Origin: an uncultured Methanoregulaceae archaeon
Lineage (GTDB): Archaea; Halobacteriota; Methanomicrobia; Methanomicrobiales; Methanospirillaceae
Direction: 5' to 3'
Assembly (NCBI GenBank): GCA_963841015.1
Contig: CAWJAX010000004.1
Coordinates: 1-64,000, forward strand
DNA length: 64,000 nt
The notes below the pieces were generated by a model. That model did no database searches. It had not been told where the DNA came from and saw only the letters and a list, made by a program, of their open reading frames with translations. The stretch's first letter is position 1; each line of letters begins with the position of its first letter. A program made the translations under genes and the position numbers. Below are positions 63,696 to 64,000 of this stretch, piece by piece.

Positions 63696-64000
63696 GTGTC
63701 ACTTTCAAAAGGCTGTGTTCTCTGCCATCAGGGCGCAAAGATGGTACTCTTTGTTACGGGGCGATGCCATCGCTCCTGCTGGTACTGCCCCCTTTCCCGT
63801 GAACGAAAAGGTTCCGACACCGTTTATGCAAATGAGCACCCGGTGGATATACCGTCACAGATGATTGAGGAAGCGGAGAATATGAGCGCTCTTGGTACGG
63901 GAATCACAGGAGGAGAACCACTCCTGTGCCTCGACAGGGTTATTGGATATTGCCGGCTGCTCAAGGATCATTTTGGAACTGATCACCACATACACCTGTA
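63696..64000 (+). CDS. Archaeal radical SAM protein (5' part; runs off the window)
   Basis: Frame from GTG at 63696: LSKGCVLCHQGAKMVLFVTGRCHRSCWYCP..GITGGEP. Confidence 0.85.
   Translation, partial: MSLSKGCVLCHQGAKMVLFVTGRCHRSCWYCPLSRERKGSDTVYANEHPVDIPSQMIEEAENMSALGTGITGGEPLLCLDRVIGYCRLLKDHFGTDHHIHL

Noticed and set aside
63667-63864. 65-aa ORF in the track
   Set aside because: Wrong frame. The real gene is the radical SAM frame from 63696 that runs off the window.

Overview
The window is archaeal DNA. Gene content and protein style suggest a hydrogenotrophic methanogen of the Methanomicrobiales (inference). From left to right it holds: (1) LysE, TerB-like, YkgJ and a hydrolase; (2) a katG-ahbD-ahbA-ahbB-ahbC operon with a divergent peroxiredoxin; (3) ion/solute transport genes with two truncated gene remnants; (4) an arsenic/metal island with two paralogous ArsR regulators sharing a paired operator motif, plus HgcC-like, ArsF/ArsG-like, an unusual P1B ATPase, ArsP-like, thioredoxin, FTR, Acr3, ArsC and ArsM; (5) an ABC-2 exporter, HxlR and cooS-cooC; (6) a sulfur-relay/Fe-S cluster ending in nadA; (7) a type IV pilus-like locus with KaiC-like ATPases and three class III signal-peptide proteins, one with 8 IPT/TIG repeats and one with a malectin domain. 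The most novel-looking signals are non-coding: a ~250-300 bp structured element in three diverged copies (17.1, 21.7 and 37.0 kb) with apparent compensatory stem changes, and a K-turn/C-D-box-like RNA candidate at ~58.0 kb. At least 14 genes carry single-base frameshifts, most likely long-read sequencing errors. No tRNA, rRNA, CRISPR array or transposase was recognised. All family assignments come from motifs read by eye; no searches were run.
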